Positions 20,245 through 30,666 of a DNA stretch of 64,000 bases are shown here, in pieces. Under the pieces are notes generated by a model, which was given only the letters and a program-made list of their open reading frames with translations, made no database searches and was not told the origin of the DNA. This DNA comes from Pseudomonadota bacterium (GTDB lineage Bacteria; Pseudomonadota; Gammaproteobacteria; Burkholderiales; Burkholderiaceae_E), in NCBI GenBank assembly GCA_046046245.1, contig JBJOKE010000011.1, positions 50,919-114,918 of the forward strand, in the 5' to 3' direction. Made by a program: the position numbers and the translations under genes. How positions within the stretch are numbered: position 1 is the stretch's first letter; each line of letters begins with the position of its first letter.

Positions 20245-21231
20245 TCAGTCGAACACCACCACGCCGCGACCGCGGACACCGCCGGCGATCAGCGCGTCGC
20301 AGTGCTCCATCAGCGTCGCGAACGGCACGCGCTGGACGATCGCGTCGAGCGAACGCGGCTTCAGGTCGGTCGTCATCCGCGTCCAGGCGCGGGTGCGGCG
20401 GTCGAGCGGGTGGTTCGCGTTGACGCCGGCGAGCACCACGCTGCGCAGGATGAACGGGTAGATCGACGTGCTGAAGGTCTCGCCCGCGGCGTTGCCGAAG
20501 GGTGCGACCACGCCGCCCTTGCGCATCGTGCGCAGCACGAAGTCGAGCGGCGCGCCGCCCACCGCGTCGATCGCGGCCGCCCACAGCTGCTCGTCGAGCG
20601 GCTTCGTGTGTCGCTGCTGGATCTCGCGACCCACCACGCGCGCCGCGCCGATGCGTCTCAGGTAGTCGTGCTCGGACGCCTTGCCGGTCATCGCGACCAC
20701 GCGATGGCCGAGGCCCGCGAGCATGTCGATCGCGAAGCTCGAGCAGCCGCCCGTCGCGCCGGTGACGATCACCTCGCCCTCACCGGGCACCACGCCGTGC
20801 GCCTCCAGCGTCTCGATCGCGACCGCCGAGGTGTAGGCGCCGATGCCGAGCGCGACGACCGAGAACGCGTCGAAGCCGTCGGGGATCCGGTGGACCCAGG
20901 CGGCCGGTACGCGGACGAGCTCGGAGAACGCGCCGTCGTGGCGGATGCCGAACTCCTGGCCGCCCTGGACGGTGACCTCGTCGCCTTCGCGGAACCGCGG
21001 ATCGGCCGAGGACTCGACCACGCCCGAGACCTCGATCCCCGGCACGCAGGGGAAGCGCTTGATCACGTTGCCCGCGCCGCTGACGGCGCGCGCGTCCTTG
21101 TAGTTGATCGCCGCGAAGCGGCTGCGGATCACCACCTCGCCCGCGCCGACCTCGTCCGAGCCGACCTCGACCCAGCGGCTTGACCGCCGGCCCGCATCGT
21201 CGCGGAAGCTGCGGATCGCCCGGTGCTTCAT
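20245..21231 (-). CDS. YhdH/AcuI-family NADPH-dependent acrylyl-CoA reductase (MDR superfamily)
   Basis: C-terminal 328 aa of track ORF 20245..22077, from MKHRAIRSF. Colinear with E. coli YhdH as I recall it: AAINYKDARAVSG, FPCVPGIEVSGVV, DPRFREGDEV, VIVTGATGG, PFILRSVVLAGV. Confidence 0.8.
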   Translation of the reverse strand: MKHRAIRSFRDDAGRRSSRWVEVGSDEVGAGEVVIRSRFAAINYKDARAVSGAGNVIKRFPCVPGIEVSGVVESSADPRFREGDEVTVQGGQEFGIRHDGAFSELVRVPAAWVHRIPDGFDAFSVVALGIGAYTSAVAIETLEAHGVVPGEGEVIVTGATGGCSSFAIDMLAGLGHRVVAMTGKASEHDYLRRIGAARVVGREIQQRHTKPLDEQLWAAAIDAVGGAPLDFVLRTMRKGGVVAPFGNAAGETFSTSIYPFILRSVVLAGVNANHPLDRRTRAWTRMTTDLKPRSLDAIVQRVPFATLMEHCDALIAGGVRGRGVVVFD

Positions 21232-22439
21232 CGCCGCTCTCCCTGCGGCCCGATCGCCGCGCGCGACGCGAGCAGCGCGTCGATCTCGGCCGCGCCGAAG
21301 CCGTGCTCCTCGAGGATCTCGCGGGTGTGCTCGCCGAGCGCGGGCGGCGCGAAGCGGACCTTCGCCTGGGTGTCCCGATCGCCGACGAGGAAGCCGGCGA
21401 GCCGCGCGGGCCCGGTCCGGTGCGGCACCTCGACCGCCGCGTTGGCGTGCGCGAACTGCTCGGAGGCGACCACCTGCGCGTAGTCGGCGACCGGCGCGCA
21501 CATCACGTCGATCGCCTCGAGCTCGGGCAGCCAGGCGGCGGTGGGCCGCGCGACGAGCTTCGCCTCGAGGGCCTCGCGCAGCGCGGCCCGGTTGCGGACG
21601 CGGGCGTCGTTGGTCGCGAAGCGCGGATCGTCCGCGAGCGCGGCGAGCCCCAGCAGCCCGCACAGCGCCGTCCAGCGCGGCGGCTGGTAGGCGGCCACCA
21701 TCATCCAGCCGTCGGCGGTGCGGTACGCCTCGTTCGGCGCCGCATAGGGCGCGGCGCTGCCGATGCGCTTCGGCACCTCGCCGCTCGCCATGTAGGAGGC
21801 GAGGCCGCTCGCCTGGAGCATCAGGCTCGCGTTGTACAGGCTGACGTCCAGGAACTGCCCGGACCCGGTCCGGTCGCGCGCGCGAAGCGCGGCGAGCACC
21901 GCCATCGTGCCGAGGAAGCCGGTGGTCAGGTCGACCGCGGGCACCTGGACCTTGCAGGGCTCGGCGCCCTCGACGCCGATCTGGCTCATCAGCCCCGAGA
22001 GCGCCTGCACGATGCCGTCGACACCGGGGCGGTCGGCCCACGGGCCGTCCTGGCCGAATGCGGTCACCGCGGCCCATACCAGCCGCGGGTTGATCGCCGA
22101 CAGCGTCGCCCAGCCGACGCCGAGCTTCGCCATCACGCCCGGCCGGAAGCTCTCGACGACGACGTCGGCGCGCACGGCCATCCGCTTGACCGCGTCGACC
22201 GCGGCCGGCTGCTTGAGGTCGAGCGCGAGCCCGCGCTTGTTGCGGTTGAAGCTCATCGCCACGACCGAGTCGCCGTCGAGCCAGGGGGGCCCGAGCGCGC
22301 GGCCGAGGTCGCCGGTGGGCGACTCGATCTTCACGACGTCGGCGCCCATGTCGCCCAGCAGCATGCCGATCGTCGGACCCGCGCCGATCTGCGAGAAGTC
22401 GAGGACGCGAACGCCCTCCAGTGCGGTACCCAGGCCCAT
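21228..22439 (-). CDS. CaiB/BaiF-family (class III) CoA-transferase
   Basis: Track ORF 21228..22439. Motifs GVRVLDFSQIGAGPTIGMLLGDMGADVVKIE, NRNKRGLALDLK and ADVVVESFRPGV. Its stop overlaps the acuI-like start (ATGA). Confidence 0.9.
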   Translation of the reverse strand: MGLGTALEGVRVLDFSQIGAGPTIGMLLGDMGADVVKIESPTGDLGRALGPPWLDGDSVVAMSFNRNKRGLALDLKQPAAVDAVKRMAVRADVVVESFRPGVMAKLGVGWATLSAINPRLVWAAVTAFGQDGPWADRPGVDGIVQALSGLMSQIGVEGAEPCKVQVPAVDLTTGFLGTMAVLAALRARDRTGSGQFLDVSLYNASLMLQASGLASYMASGEVPKRIGSAAPYAAPNEAYRTADGWMMVAAYQPPRWTALCGLLGLAALADDPRFATNDARVRNRAALREALEAKLVARPTAAWLPELEAIDVMCAPVADYAQVVASEQFAHANAAVEVPHRTGPARLAGFLVGDRDTQAKVRFAPPALGEHTREILEEHGFGAAEIDALLASRAAIGPQGERR

Positions 22440-22443
22440 CGCG

Positions 22444-23430
22444 TCACTCGATCCGGATGCCGGTCTCGCGGCCGATCCGCTGCCAGCGGGCGACGTCGCG
22501 CTGGATCAGCGCCTGCAGCTCGTCGGGCCCGAGGAAGCCCGGCTCGAAGCCCTGCGAGACCATCCGCTCCCGGACCTCGGCCGACTCGGTGATCCGCCTG
22601 AGCTCGGCGGCGATCCGCGTGGTGACCTCCTTCGGCGTGCCGGCCGGCGCGAGGATCGAGTACCAGAGCGGCACGTCGTAGCCCGGCACGCCGGACTCGG
22701 CGACCGTCGGCACCTCGGGCAGCAGCGGAGAGCGGCGCGCGGTCGCGACGGCGAGCGCGCGCAGCCTGCCCGCCTGCACGTGCGGCGCGACCGACGCGAG
22801 TGTCGCGAAGGCCGCCTGGATCTGGCCGCCGAGCAGGTCGGCGATCGCGGGCGCGGTGCCCTTGTAGGGCACATGCACGACGTTCGTGCCGGCGAGACGG
22901 TCGAACAGCTCGAAGGCGAGGTGCTGCGGCGTGCCGTTGCCCGGCGTGCCGTGGTTCAGCCTGCCCGGCTGCGACTTCGCCAGCGCGACGAACTCGGCGG
23001 TGGTCTTCGCGGCCACCGACGGGTGGACGACCAGCAGCATCGGCACCGAGGCGACCAGCGCGATCGGCGCGAAGTCCCGCTCGATGTCGAACGGCAGCTT
23101 CTGGCCGAGTCCGGGGTTGATCGTCACCTGGTTCGACGCGATCACGATCGTGTAGCCGTCGGCCGGCGCGCGCGCGACCTGGTCGGTGCCGAGGTTGCCG
23201 CCGGCGCCGGGCCGATTCTCGATCACCACCGGCTGGCCGAGCCCGTCGGCCAGCTTCGGCCCGAGCATCCGCGCGAGGATGTCGTTGCCGCCGCCGGGCG
23301 GGAACGGCACGACGAACCGGATCGGCTTCGCGGGCCAGCGCCCCTCGGTGCCCTGCGCGCGGGCGCGGGGCAGGGCGGCGAGCGCGAGGCCGGCTGCGGT
23401 GGCATGCAGCGCGGTACGCCTGGAGGTCAT
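22444..23430 (-). CDS. Bug/TctC-family tripartite tricarboxylate transporter substrate-binding protein
   Basis: C-terminal 328 aa of track ORF 22444..23874, from MTSRRTALHATAAGLALAAL. Hallmark motifs IRFVVPFPPGGGNDILAR, VIENRPGAGGN and HVPYKGTAPAIADLLGGQIQ. Confidence 0.9.
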   Translation of the reverse strand: MTSRRTALHATAAGLALAALPRARAQGTEGRWPAKPIRFVVPFPPGGGNDILARMLGPKLADGLGQPVVIENRPGAGGNLGTDQVARAPADGYTIVIASNQVTINPGLGQKLPFDIERDFAPIALVASVPMLLVVHPSVAAKTTAEFVALAKSQPGRLNHGTPGNGTPQHLAFELFDRLAGTNVVHVPYKGTAPAIADLLGGQIQAAFATLASVAPHVQAGRLRALAVATARRSPLLPEVPTVAESGVPGYDVPLWYSILAPAGTPKEVTTRIAAELRRITESAEVRERMVSQGFEPGFLGPDELQALIQRDVARWQRIGRETGIRIE

Positions 23431-23691
23431 GGCGGGTCTCCCTGTCGGTCGTGGTCGGCCGGTGCGGTGCCGGCCGGGACGAGCGACCGTATCGAATGCG
23501 CCCGCATGCCGCAACCGCGTCGCGCCGGTCCTCGGACCGGCAGGTGCCGGAATCCGCGTGCGGCGCGTGGGCCGCCGGCGGGCCCGAACCGGACCGCGGC
23601 GGTCGCATGGGCGGGCGCGCGGCCGAACGGGACCGACAGCGTCTGCAGACGGTCCGCGCCGGACCAGCGGTCGTCGATCGCCGCCGTGGTT

Positions 23692-23730
23692 ATCGATTGT
23701 GCAAGACTTGAGGCACTGTCGATGTACATC
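23692..23730. promoter_or_regulatory. Candidate operator palindromes upstream of pcaH
   Basis: Imperfect inverted repeat ATCGATTGTGC (23692-23702) / GCACTGTCGAT (23713-23723), 9 of 11 complementary. It overlaps a perfect 10-bp palindrome GATGTACATC (23721-23730) in a locally AT-richer patch about 55-90 nt upstream of the pcaH ATG. Confidence 0.3.
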
Positions 23731-23783
23731 ACCGACGGGCATCCCTACAGTCCCGCCCGTGGACCCCACAGGAGACAGACGCC

Positions 23784-24493
23784 ATGGCCGACCTGCCCCG
23801 GATCGCGCCGCGCGACTGGACGAGCCAGCCGCCGTACCTGCACCCGCCCTACGCATCGACGCCGCTGCGTGCACCGACGCGGCCCCTGATCCCGCTGAGG
23901 CCGTCGCTGTCCGAGCTGGCGCAGCCGGTCTACGGACACGAGGACATCGGCGAGCTCGACCACGACCTCACCCGCAACGCCGTGGTCAACGGCGCACCGC
24001 TCGGCGAGCGGATCATCGTGACCGGCCGCGTCCTCGACGAGCGCGGCCGCCCGGTGCGCCACACCCTGGTCGAGATCTGGCAGTGCAACGCCGCCGGCCG
24101 CTACGTGCACACGGTCGACCGGCACGACGCGCCGCTCGACCCGAACTTCCTCGGTGCCGGTCGTACGCTGACCGACGGGGAGGGCCGCTACCGCTTCCTG
24201 ACGATCAAGCCGGGTGCCTACCCCTGGGGCAACCATCCGAACGCCTGGCGACCGAACCACATCCACTTCTCCCTGTTCGGCGAGCACTTCGCGAGCCGGC
24301 TGGTCACGCAGATGTACTTCCCGGGCGACCCGCTGCTGGAGCTCGATCCGATCTACCGGAGCACGCCGGCGGGCGTGCGCGAGCGCCTCGTGAGCGGCTT
24401 CTCGATCGACGTGACCGAACCCGGCTTCGCGCTCGGCTACACCTTCGACATCGTGCTCCGCGGCCCGACGGAGACGCCGATGGAGACGCCACG

Positions 24494-24497
<4 letters not shown>
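23784..24497 (+). CDS. pcaH: Protocatechuate 3,4-dioxygenase beta subunit
   Basis: Track ORF 23784..24497. AGGAGA upstream. Motifs EIWQCNAAGRYVH, FLGAGRTLTDGEGRYRFLTIKPGAYPW, WRPNHIHFSLF. Confidence 0.95.
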
Positions 24498-26273
<1,776 letters not shown>

Positions 26274-26435
26274 AGCCGCAGCGCCACCGGCTCCCCGATG
26301 GCGCCGTCGCGCGGCCGGTCCGTCGCGGCTATCATCCGGCCACGCCGCGCGGCCGCCCGCCGCGTCTGCCCCCCGCGTCTGCCCCCCGCGAACGCGGCCC
26401 GCCGACGGCGAGCGCCGCCCTCACAGGAGACCCCG

Positions 26436-27458
26436 ATGTCCTTCGACGCCTCCCTAGACCCGAACGCGGCCGCCCGCCGCCGGCTGATCGCCACGATCGG
26501 CACGGCCGTCGGTGCCTCGATGCTGCCCGCGGCGCTGCGTGCGCAGGGCGCGCCCGCGATCGACACCGTCAGGATCGTCACCGGCTTCCCGCCGGGCGGC
26601 ACCTCGGACACGACCTGCCGGCGCGTGGCCGAGAAGCTGAAGGGCAGCTACGCGCGCAATGCCGTCGTCGAGAACCGCACCGGCGCCGGCGGCCAGGTCG
26701 CCATCGACCTGATGCGCGCCGCCCCGCGAGACGGCTCGACGATCCTGCAGACGCCGGCCTCGATGCTGGTGATCTACCCGCACATCTACCGCAAGCTCGC
26801 CTACGACCCGGTCAACGACCTGAGCCCGGTCTCGCTCGCCTGCAACTTCGACTTCGGCCTGGCCGTCGGTCCGATGGTGCCGGCCTCGGTGCGGTCGGTG
26901 CCGGACTTCGTCCAGTGGTGCAAGGCCAATGCCGACAAGGCCAACTTCGGCTCTCCGGCCGCGGGTTCCACGCCGCACTTCATCGGCGCGCTGCTCGCGA
27001 TGGGCACGAAGATCGACCTGAAGCACGTGGCCTTCCGCGGCTCGCAGCCGGCCATCCTCGACATGATCGGCGGCCAGATCGCCGCGGTCTCGGCGCCGGT
27101 CGGCGAGTTCACCCAGCACGTCGCGGCCGGCAAGTGCCGCCTGATCGCCACCTCGGGCGACAGGCGCTCGCGCTTCGCGCCGGACGTGCCGACCTACGCC
27201 GAGCAGGGCTTCAGGGACCTGGTCTGGCGCGAGTGGTTCGGCTTCTACCTGCCCGGCAAGCCGGAGGCGGCGATCGTCCAGCGCGCGAACGCCGCGATCC
27301 GCGCGGCGCTCGCCGACAAGGAGACGATCGACGGACTGGTCACGATGGGCCTGGAGGCCGAGTCCTCGACGCCCGAGCAGCTGGCCGCGCTCCAGCGCAG
27401 CGACCTCGAGCGCTGGGGGCCGATCGTCAAGGCGATCGGGTTCACCGCCGAGTCCTGA
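26436..27458 (+). CDS. Bug/TctC-family substrate-binding protein (Tat-type signal)
   Basis: Frame of track ORF 26298..27458. ATG at 26436 follows AGGAGA. Twin-Arg signal AARRRLIATIG. Motifs IVTGFPPGGTSD, VVENRTGAGGQ and HVAFRGSQPAILDMIGGQI. Confidence 0.9.
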   Translation: MSFDASLDPNAAARRRLIATIGTAVGASMLPAALRAQGAPAIDTVRIVTGFPPGGTSDTTCRRVAEKLKGSYARNAVVENRTGAGGQVAIDLMRAAPRDGSTILQTPASMLVIYPHIYRKLAYDPVNDLSPVSLACNFDFGLAVGPMVPASVRSVPDFVQWCKANADKANFGSPAAGSTPHFIGALLAMGTKIDLKHVAFRGSQPAILDMIGGQIAAVSAPVGEFTQHVAAGKCRLIATSGDRRSRFAPDVPTYAEQGFRDLVWREWFGFYLPGKPEAAIVQRANAAIRAALADKETIDGLVTMGLEAESSTPEQLAALQRSDLERWGPIVKAIGFTAES

Positions 27459-27465
27459 GCCGGCG

Positions 27466-27490
27466 GCGGAGCGGCTCAGCGCCGCTCCGC
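27466..27490. terminator. Hairpin between convergent tctC-like and MFS genes
   Basis: Perfect 10-bp stem GCGGAGCGGC (27466-27475) / GCCGCTCCGC (27481-27490) with a 5-nt loop that contains the MFS stop codon. No U-tract. Confidence 0.45.
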
Positions 27491-28657
27491 ACGCACCAGC
27501 GCGATCCCGATCGCCGCAGCCGCGCCCGCGTAGAGCCAGAACAGCGACGCCGTCCCGAGCACCCCGGCGACCAGGCCCAGACCCACCGGAAGTGCGAGCT
27601 GCGTCGCCGACAGCAGCGTCATCCGCAGCCCGGCGGCCTCGCCGGCGCGCCCCGGCGGCGACGCGCGATGCAGCGCCGCCATGGTCAGCGGCTGGGCGAT
27701 GCCGGGACCGGTGCCGATGAGGAAGGACAGCACCAGCAGCACCGGCAGCGTCCCGGCAAACGGCGCGGCCGCGTAGGCGAGCACGCAGACGGCGAGCGCG
27801 ATCCGCATCCAGGCCGCCGGGTGCATCCGCTCGACCAGCCGCGGCAGCAGCAGCCGCACCGACAGCGAGCCGGCCGAGAAGGCGGCGATCGACAGGCCGA
27901 CCGACGAGGCGGACAGTCCGATCGCGTGCGCGTGCAGCGGCAGCACGAACTGGTAGACGTCCCACGAGGCCGACGCGAGCAGCGATGCGATCAGCAGCCG
28001 GCGAAGGCGCGGGGCACCGAGCAGCTCGAAGGCCGCGCCGGCGCCGCGCTCGGGCGGTGCGCCGTCGGGGCCGTCGTCGGGCGGCGCAGGGTGCGTGGGC
28101 ACATGCCGATCGAACGGGTAGCGCCCGAGCGCGAGGAGGACCGCGCCGAGCAGCGCGGCCGACAGCGCGAAGGCCGCGCGGTGTCCCGCCAGGTCGATCA
28201 GCAGCCCGGCGGCGGGCGGCCCGCTGAGCCCCGAGATGGAGAAGCTCATCGTCAGCAGGTTGAAGTTCGCGGTGCGGCGTGCCGGTCCGCCGACCTCGCC
28301 GCAGGCGTGCTGCATGCCGAGGTGGAAGCCCATCGTGCCGACGCCGACCACGCCGGCTGCGAGCGCGAGCACCGCGGGATGGGGCACGGCGGCCGCCGCG
28401 AGCGCGCCGGCCCCGGCGAGCGCGGTGCCCCAGCGCATCGGCCGCGCGACACCCACCCGGTCCACCAGCTGGCCGCCGCGGACCGCGAGCAGCATCGGCA
28501 CCAGCGCGAAGGTGGCGAGCACCGCGCCGATCGTCGCCGGCGACAGCCCCTGCTGGACCAGCGCGAGCGCGACGCTGATCCGGAAGCCGATGACCGCGGT
28601 GTAGTGGGCGGCGGCGGCCGCGACCAGCGGTCGGATCGCGGCGGCGCCTTCGTTCAC
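27476..28657 (-). CDS. MFS transporter
   Basis: C-terminal 393 aa of track ORF 27476..29152, about 12 TM segments. The start is a GTG (CAC at 28655-28657) overlapping the stop of the upstream hydratase (GTGA). It is the last gene of the minus-strand carboxylase operon. Confidence 0.8.
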   Translation of the reverse strand: MNEGAAAIRPLVAAAAAHYTAVIGFRISVALALVQQGLSPATIGAVLATFALVPMLLAVRGGQLVDRVGVARPMRWGTALAGAGALAAAAVPHPAVLALAAGVVGVGTMGFHLGMQHACGEVGGPARRTANFNLLTMSFSISGLSGPPAAGLLIDLAGHRAAFALSAALLGAVLLALGRYPFDRHVPTHPAPPDDGPDGAPPERGAGAAFELLGAPRLRRLLIASLLASASWDVYQFVLPLHAHAIGLSASSVGLSIAAFSAGSLSVRLLLPRLVERMHPAAWMRIALAVCVLAYAAAPFAGTLPVLLVLSFLIGTGPGIAQPLTMAALHRASPPGRAGEAAGLRMTLLSATQLALPVGLGLVAGVLGTASLFWLYAGAAAAIGIALVRAERR

Positions 28658-29439
28658 CGTCCGGTGAAGCGGGGGGCGCGCTTCTCGACGAATGCGGCGA
28701 CGCCCTCGCGGAAGTCCTCGGTGCGGAAGGCCTGGCCCTGCATCAGCGCCTCGACCTCGAGCTGGTCGGCCAGGCCGTTGCCCGCGCCCTGGGTGAAGGC
28801 CTGCTTGACGAGATCGAGCGCGCGCGTGGGCATCTGCGCGAGCTTCGTCGCGCAGGCGCGGGCCTCGTCGGCGAGCGCCTCGTCGGCGAACACCTTCCAG
28901 ACCAGCCCGTACTGCAGCGCCTCGCGTGCCGGGATCTTGTCGGCGAGCATCACCATCGCTCGCGCCCGGACGTCGCCGACGATCCGGGGCAGGAACCAGG
29001 TGCTGCCGCAGTCGGGCACCAGGCCGATCTTCGTGAACGCCTGCAGGAAGGACGCCGACTCGCCGGCGAGCACCACGTCGCAGGCGAGCGCGAGGCTCAT
29101 GCCGGCGCCGGCCGCCGAGCCGTTGACGGCGGCGACGATCGGCTTGGGGCATTGCCGCATCGCGAGCACGATCGGGTGGTAGCTCTCGCGCAGCGACTGC
29201 GAGACGTCGGCATCGCCGGTGCGCATCGACGAGGCGCCGAGGTCGGCGCCTGCGCAGAAGCCACGGCCGGCGCCGGTCAGGATCAGCGCACGGACCGATG
29301 GATCGGCCTTGGCCGCCGCCAGCGCCGCGCGCAGGCCGTCGAGCATCGCCGGATTCAGCGCGTTCAGCACGCCGGGACGGTTCATCGTGATCGTCATCAC
29401 GCCGCCTTCGACGGCGGTCAGGACGGCGGGCTCGCTCAT
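28654..29439 (-). CDS. Enoyl-CoA hydratase/isomerase (crotonase family)
   Basis: C-terminal 261 aa of track ORF 28654..30324, from MSEPAVLTAVEGGV. AGGAGT RBS. Motifs ILTGAGRGFCAGADL, VAAVNGSAAGAGMSLALACD, EGVAAFVEKRAPRF. Confidence 0.9.
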   Translation of the reverse strand: MSEPAVLTAVEGGVMTITMNRPGVLNALNPAMLDGLRAALAAAKADPSVRALILTGAGRGFCAGADLGASSMRTGDADVSQSLRESYHPIVLAMRQCPKPIVAAVNGSAAGAGMSLALACDVVLAGESASFLQAFTKIGLVPDCGSTWFLPRIVGDVRARAMVMLADKIPAREALQYGLVWKVFADEALADEARACATKLAQMPTRALDLVKQAFTQGAGNGLADQLEVEALMQGQAFRTEDFREGVAAFVEKRAPRFTGR

Positions 29440-29471
29440 CGGGGACTCCTGGGATTCGGGTGGGAACGGGG

Positions 29472-30644
29472 TCAGACCAGGCCGAGCTGGCGTGCGGCGA
29501 GGTCGTTCATCACCTCCTCCGCGCCGCCGCCGATCATGTAGACCTTGCAGTCGCGCCATGCGCGCTCGATCCGCGTGCCGCGCAGGAAGCCGGCGCCGCC
29601 GAGCACCTGCACCGCCTCGTCGGCGACGTCGCGCATCAGCCGCCCGCCGGCGTTCTTCGCGAGCGCCAGCTCGCCGGCCGGCGACTCGCCGGCGTCGAGC
29701 CGCAGCGCGAGCTGGACCAGCCAGGCCTGCAGCGGCAGCACGCCGTCGATCATCCTGACCAGCTTGTGCCGGACCGCCTGGTGGTCGACCAGCCGCGCGC
29801 CGAAGGTGCGGCGCTCGCGCGCCCAGTCGATCGCGTCCTCGCAGCAGGCCATCGCCTGGCCGAGGCCACCGGCGGCCATCGTCATCCGCTCGCCGTTGAA
29901 GTTCTGCATCACGAGACGGAAGCCGCGGTCGACCTCGCCGACCAGGCGCTCGTCGGGCACGAAGACCTCGTCGAAGTAGAGCGCCGCGGTGTCCGAGGCC
30001 CACCAGCCGATCTTCTTCAGCGGCGTGCGCGCGAGGCCCTTCGCATGGCCGTCGACGAGGAAGAGGGAGACGCCGGCCGCGCCCGGGCCGCCGGTCCGCG
30101 CGGCCACGAGGAGGTGGTCTGCGCGGATGCCCGAGGTGATGAACATCTTCTGGCCGGTGATCGCCCAGCCGCCGGGGCGCCGCTGCGCGCGGGTCTGCAG
30201 CTGCGCGACGTCCGAGCCGCCCGAGGGCTCGGTGATCGCGAGCGCGCCGATCGTCTCGCCGGCGAGGATCGACGGGATGACCGTCCGCTTGACCTCGTCG
30301 GTCGCGCCGGCGAGCAGCGGCCACAGCATGATCGAGTGCGAGCCGAGGCTCGCGGTCACGCCGCCGATGCCGGCGCGGCCGAGCTCGACCGACGACAGCA
30401 GCTTCGACACGTTGTCGCAGGGCGTGCCGCCGTATTCGGTCGGATAGCCCAGGCCGAGCAGGCCGACCTCGGCCGCCTTGCGGTAGACCTCGCGCGGGAA
30501 GGTGCCGGCCTCGTCCCAGTCGTTCGCGTGCGGCTGCAGCTCGCCCTCGACGAACGCGCGGACGGCGTCGGCGATCTGCAGGTGCTCGGACGTGACGCCG
30601 GGCAGGGTCGCGAAGTCGAAGGCGGGCAGGCGGGGTGCGGGCAT
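29472..30644 (-). CDS. Acyl-CoA dehydrogenase
   Basis: Track ORF 29472..30644, 390 aa. Motifs GALAITEPSGGSDV, GQKMFITSG, RRTFG, VQVLGGAGF and YMIGGGAEEVMNDL. Confidence 0.9.
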   Translation of the reverse strand: MPAPRLPAFDFATLPGVTSEHLQIADAVRAFVEGELQPHANDWDEAGTFPREVYRKAAEVGLLGLGYPTEYGGTPCDNVSKLLSSVELGRAGIGGVTASLGSHSIMLWPLLAGATDEVKRTVIPSILAGETIGALAITEPSGGSDVAQLQTRAQRRPGGWAITGQKMFITSGIRADHLLVAARTGGPGAAGVSLFLVDGHAKGLARTPLKKIGWWASDTAALYFDEVFVPDERLVGEVDRGFRLVMQNFNGERMTMAAGGLGQAMACCEDAIDWARERRTFGARLVDHQAVRHKLVRMIDGVLPLQAWLVQLALRLDAGESPAGELALAKNAGGRLMRDVADEAVQVLGGAGFLRGTRIERAWRDCKVYMIGGGAEEVMNDLAARQLGLV

Positions 30645-30666
30645 CGCGGCGGTCCTCGTGGGTCGT

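Noticed and set aside
26362-26387. 13-bp tandem duplication GCGTCTGCCCCCC x2 upstream of the tctC gene at 26436
   Set aside because: It is real in the sequence but consists of only two short GC-rich units. This is most simply replication slippage, with no symmetry or position suggesting a binding site.
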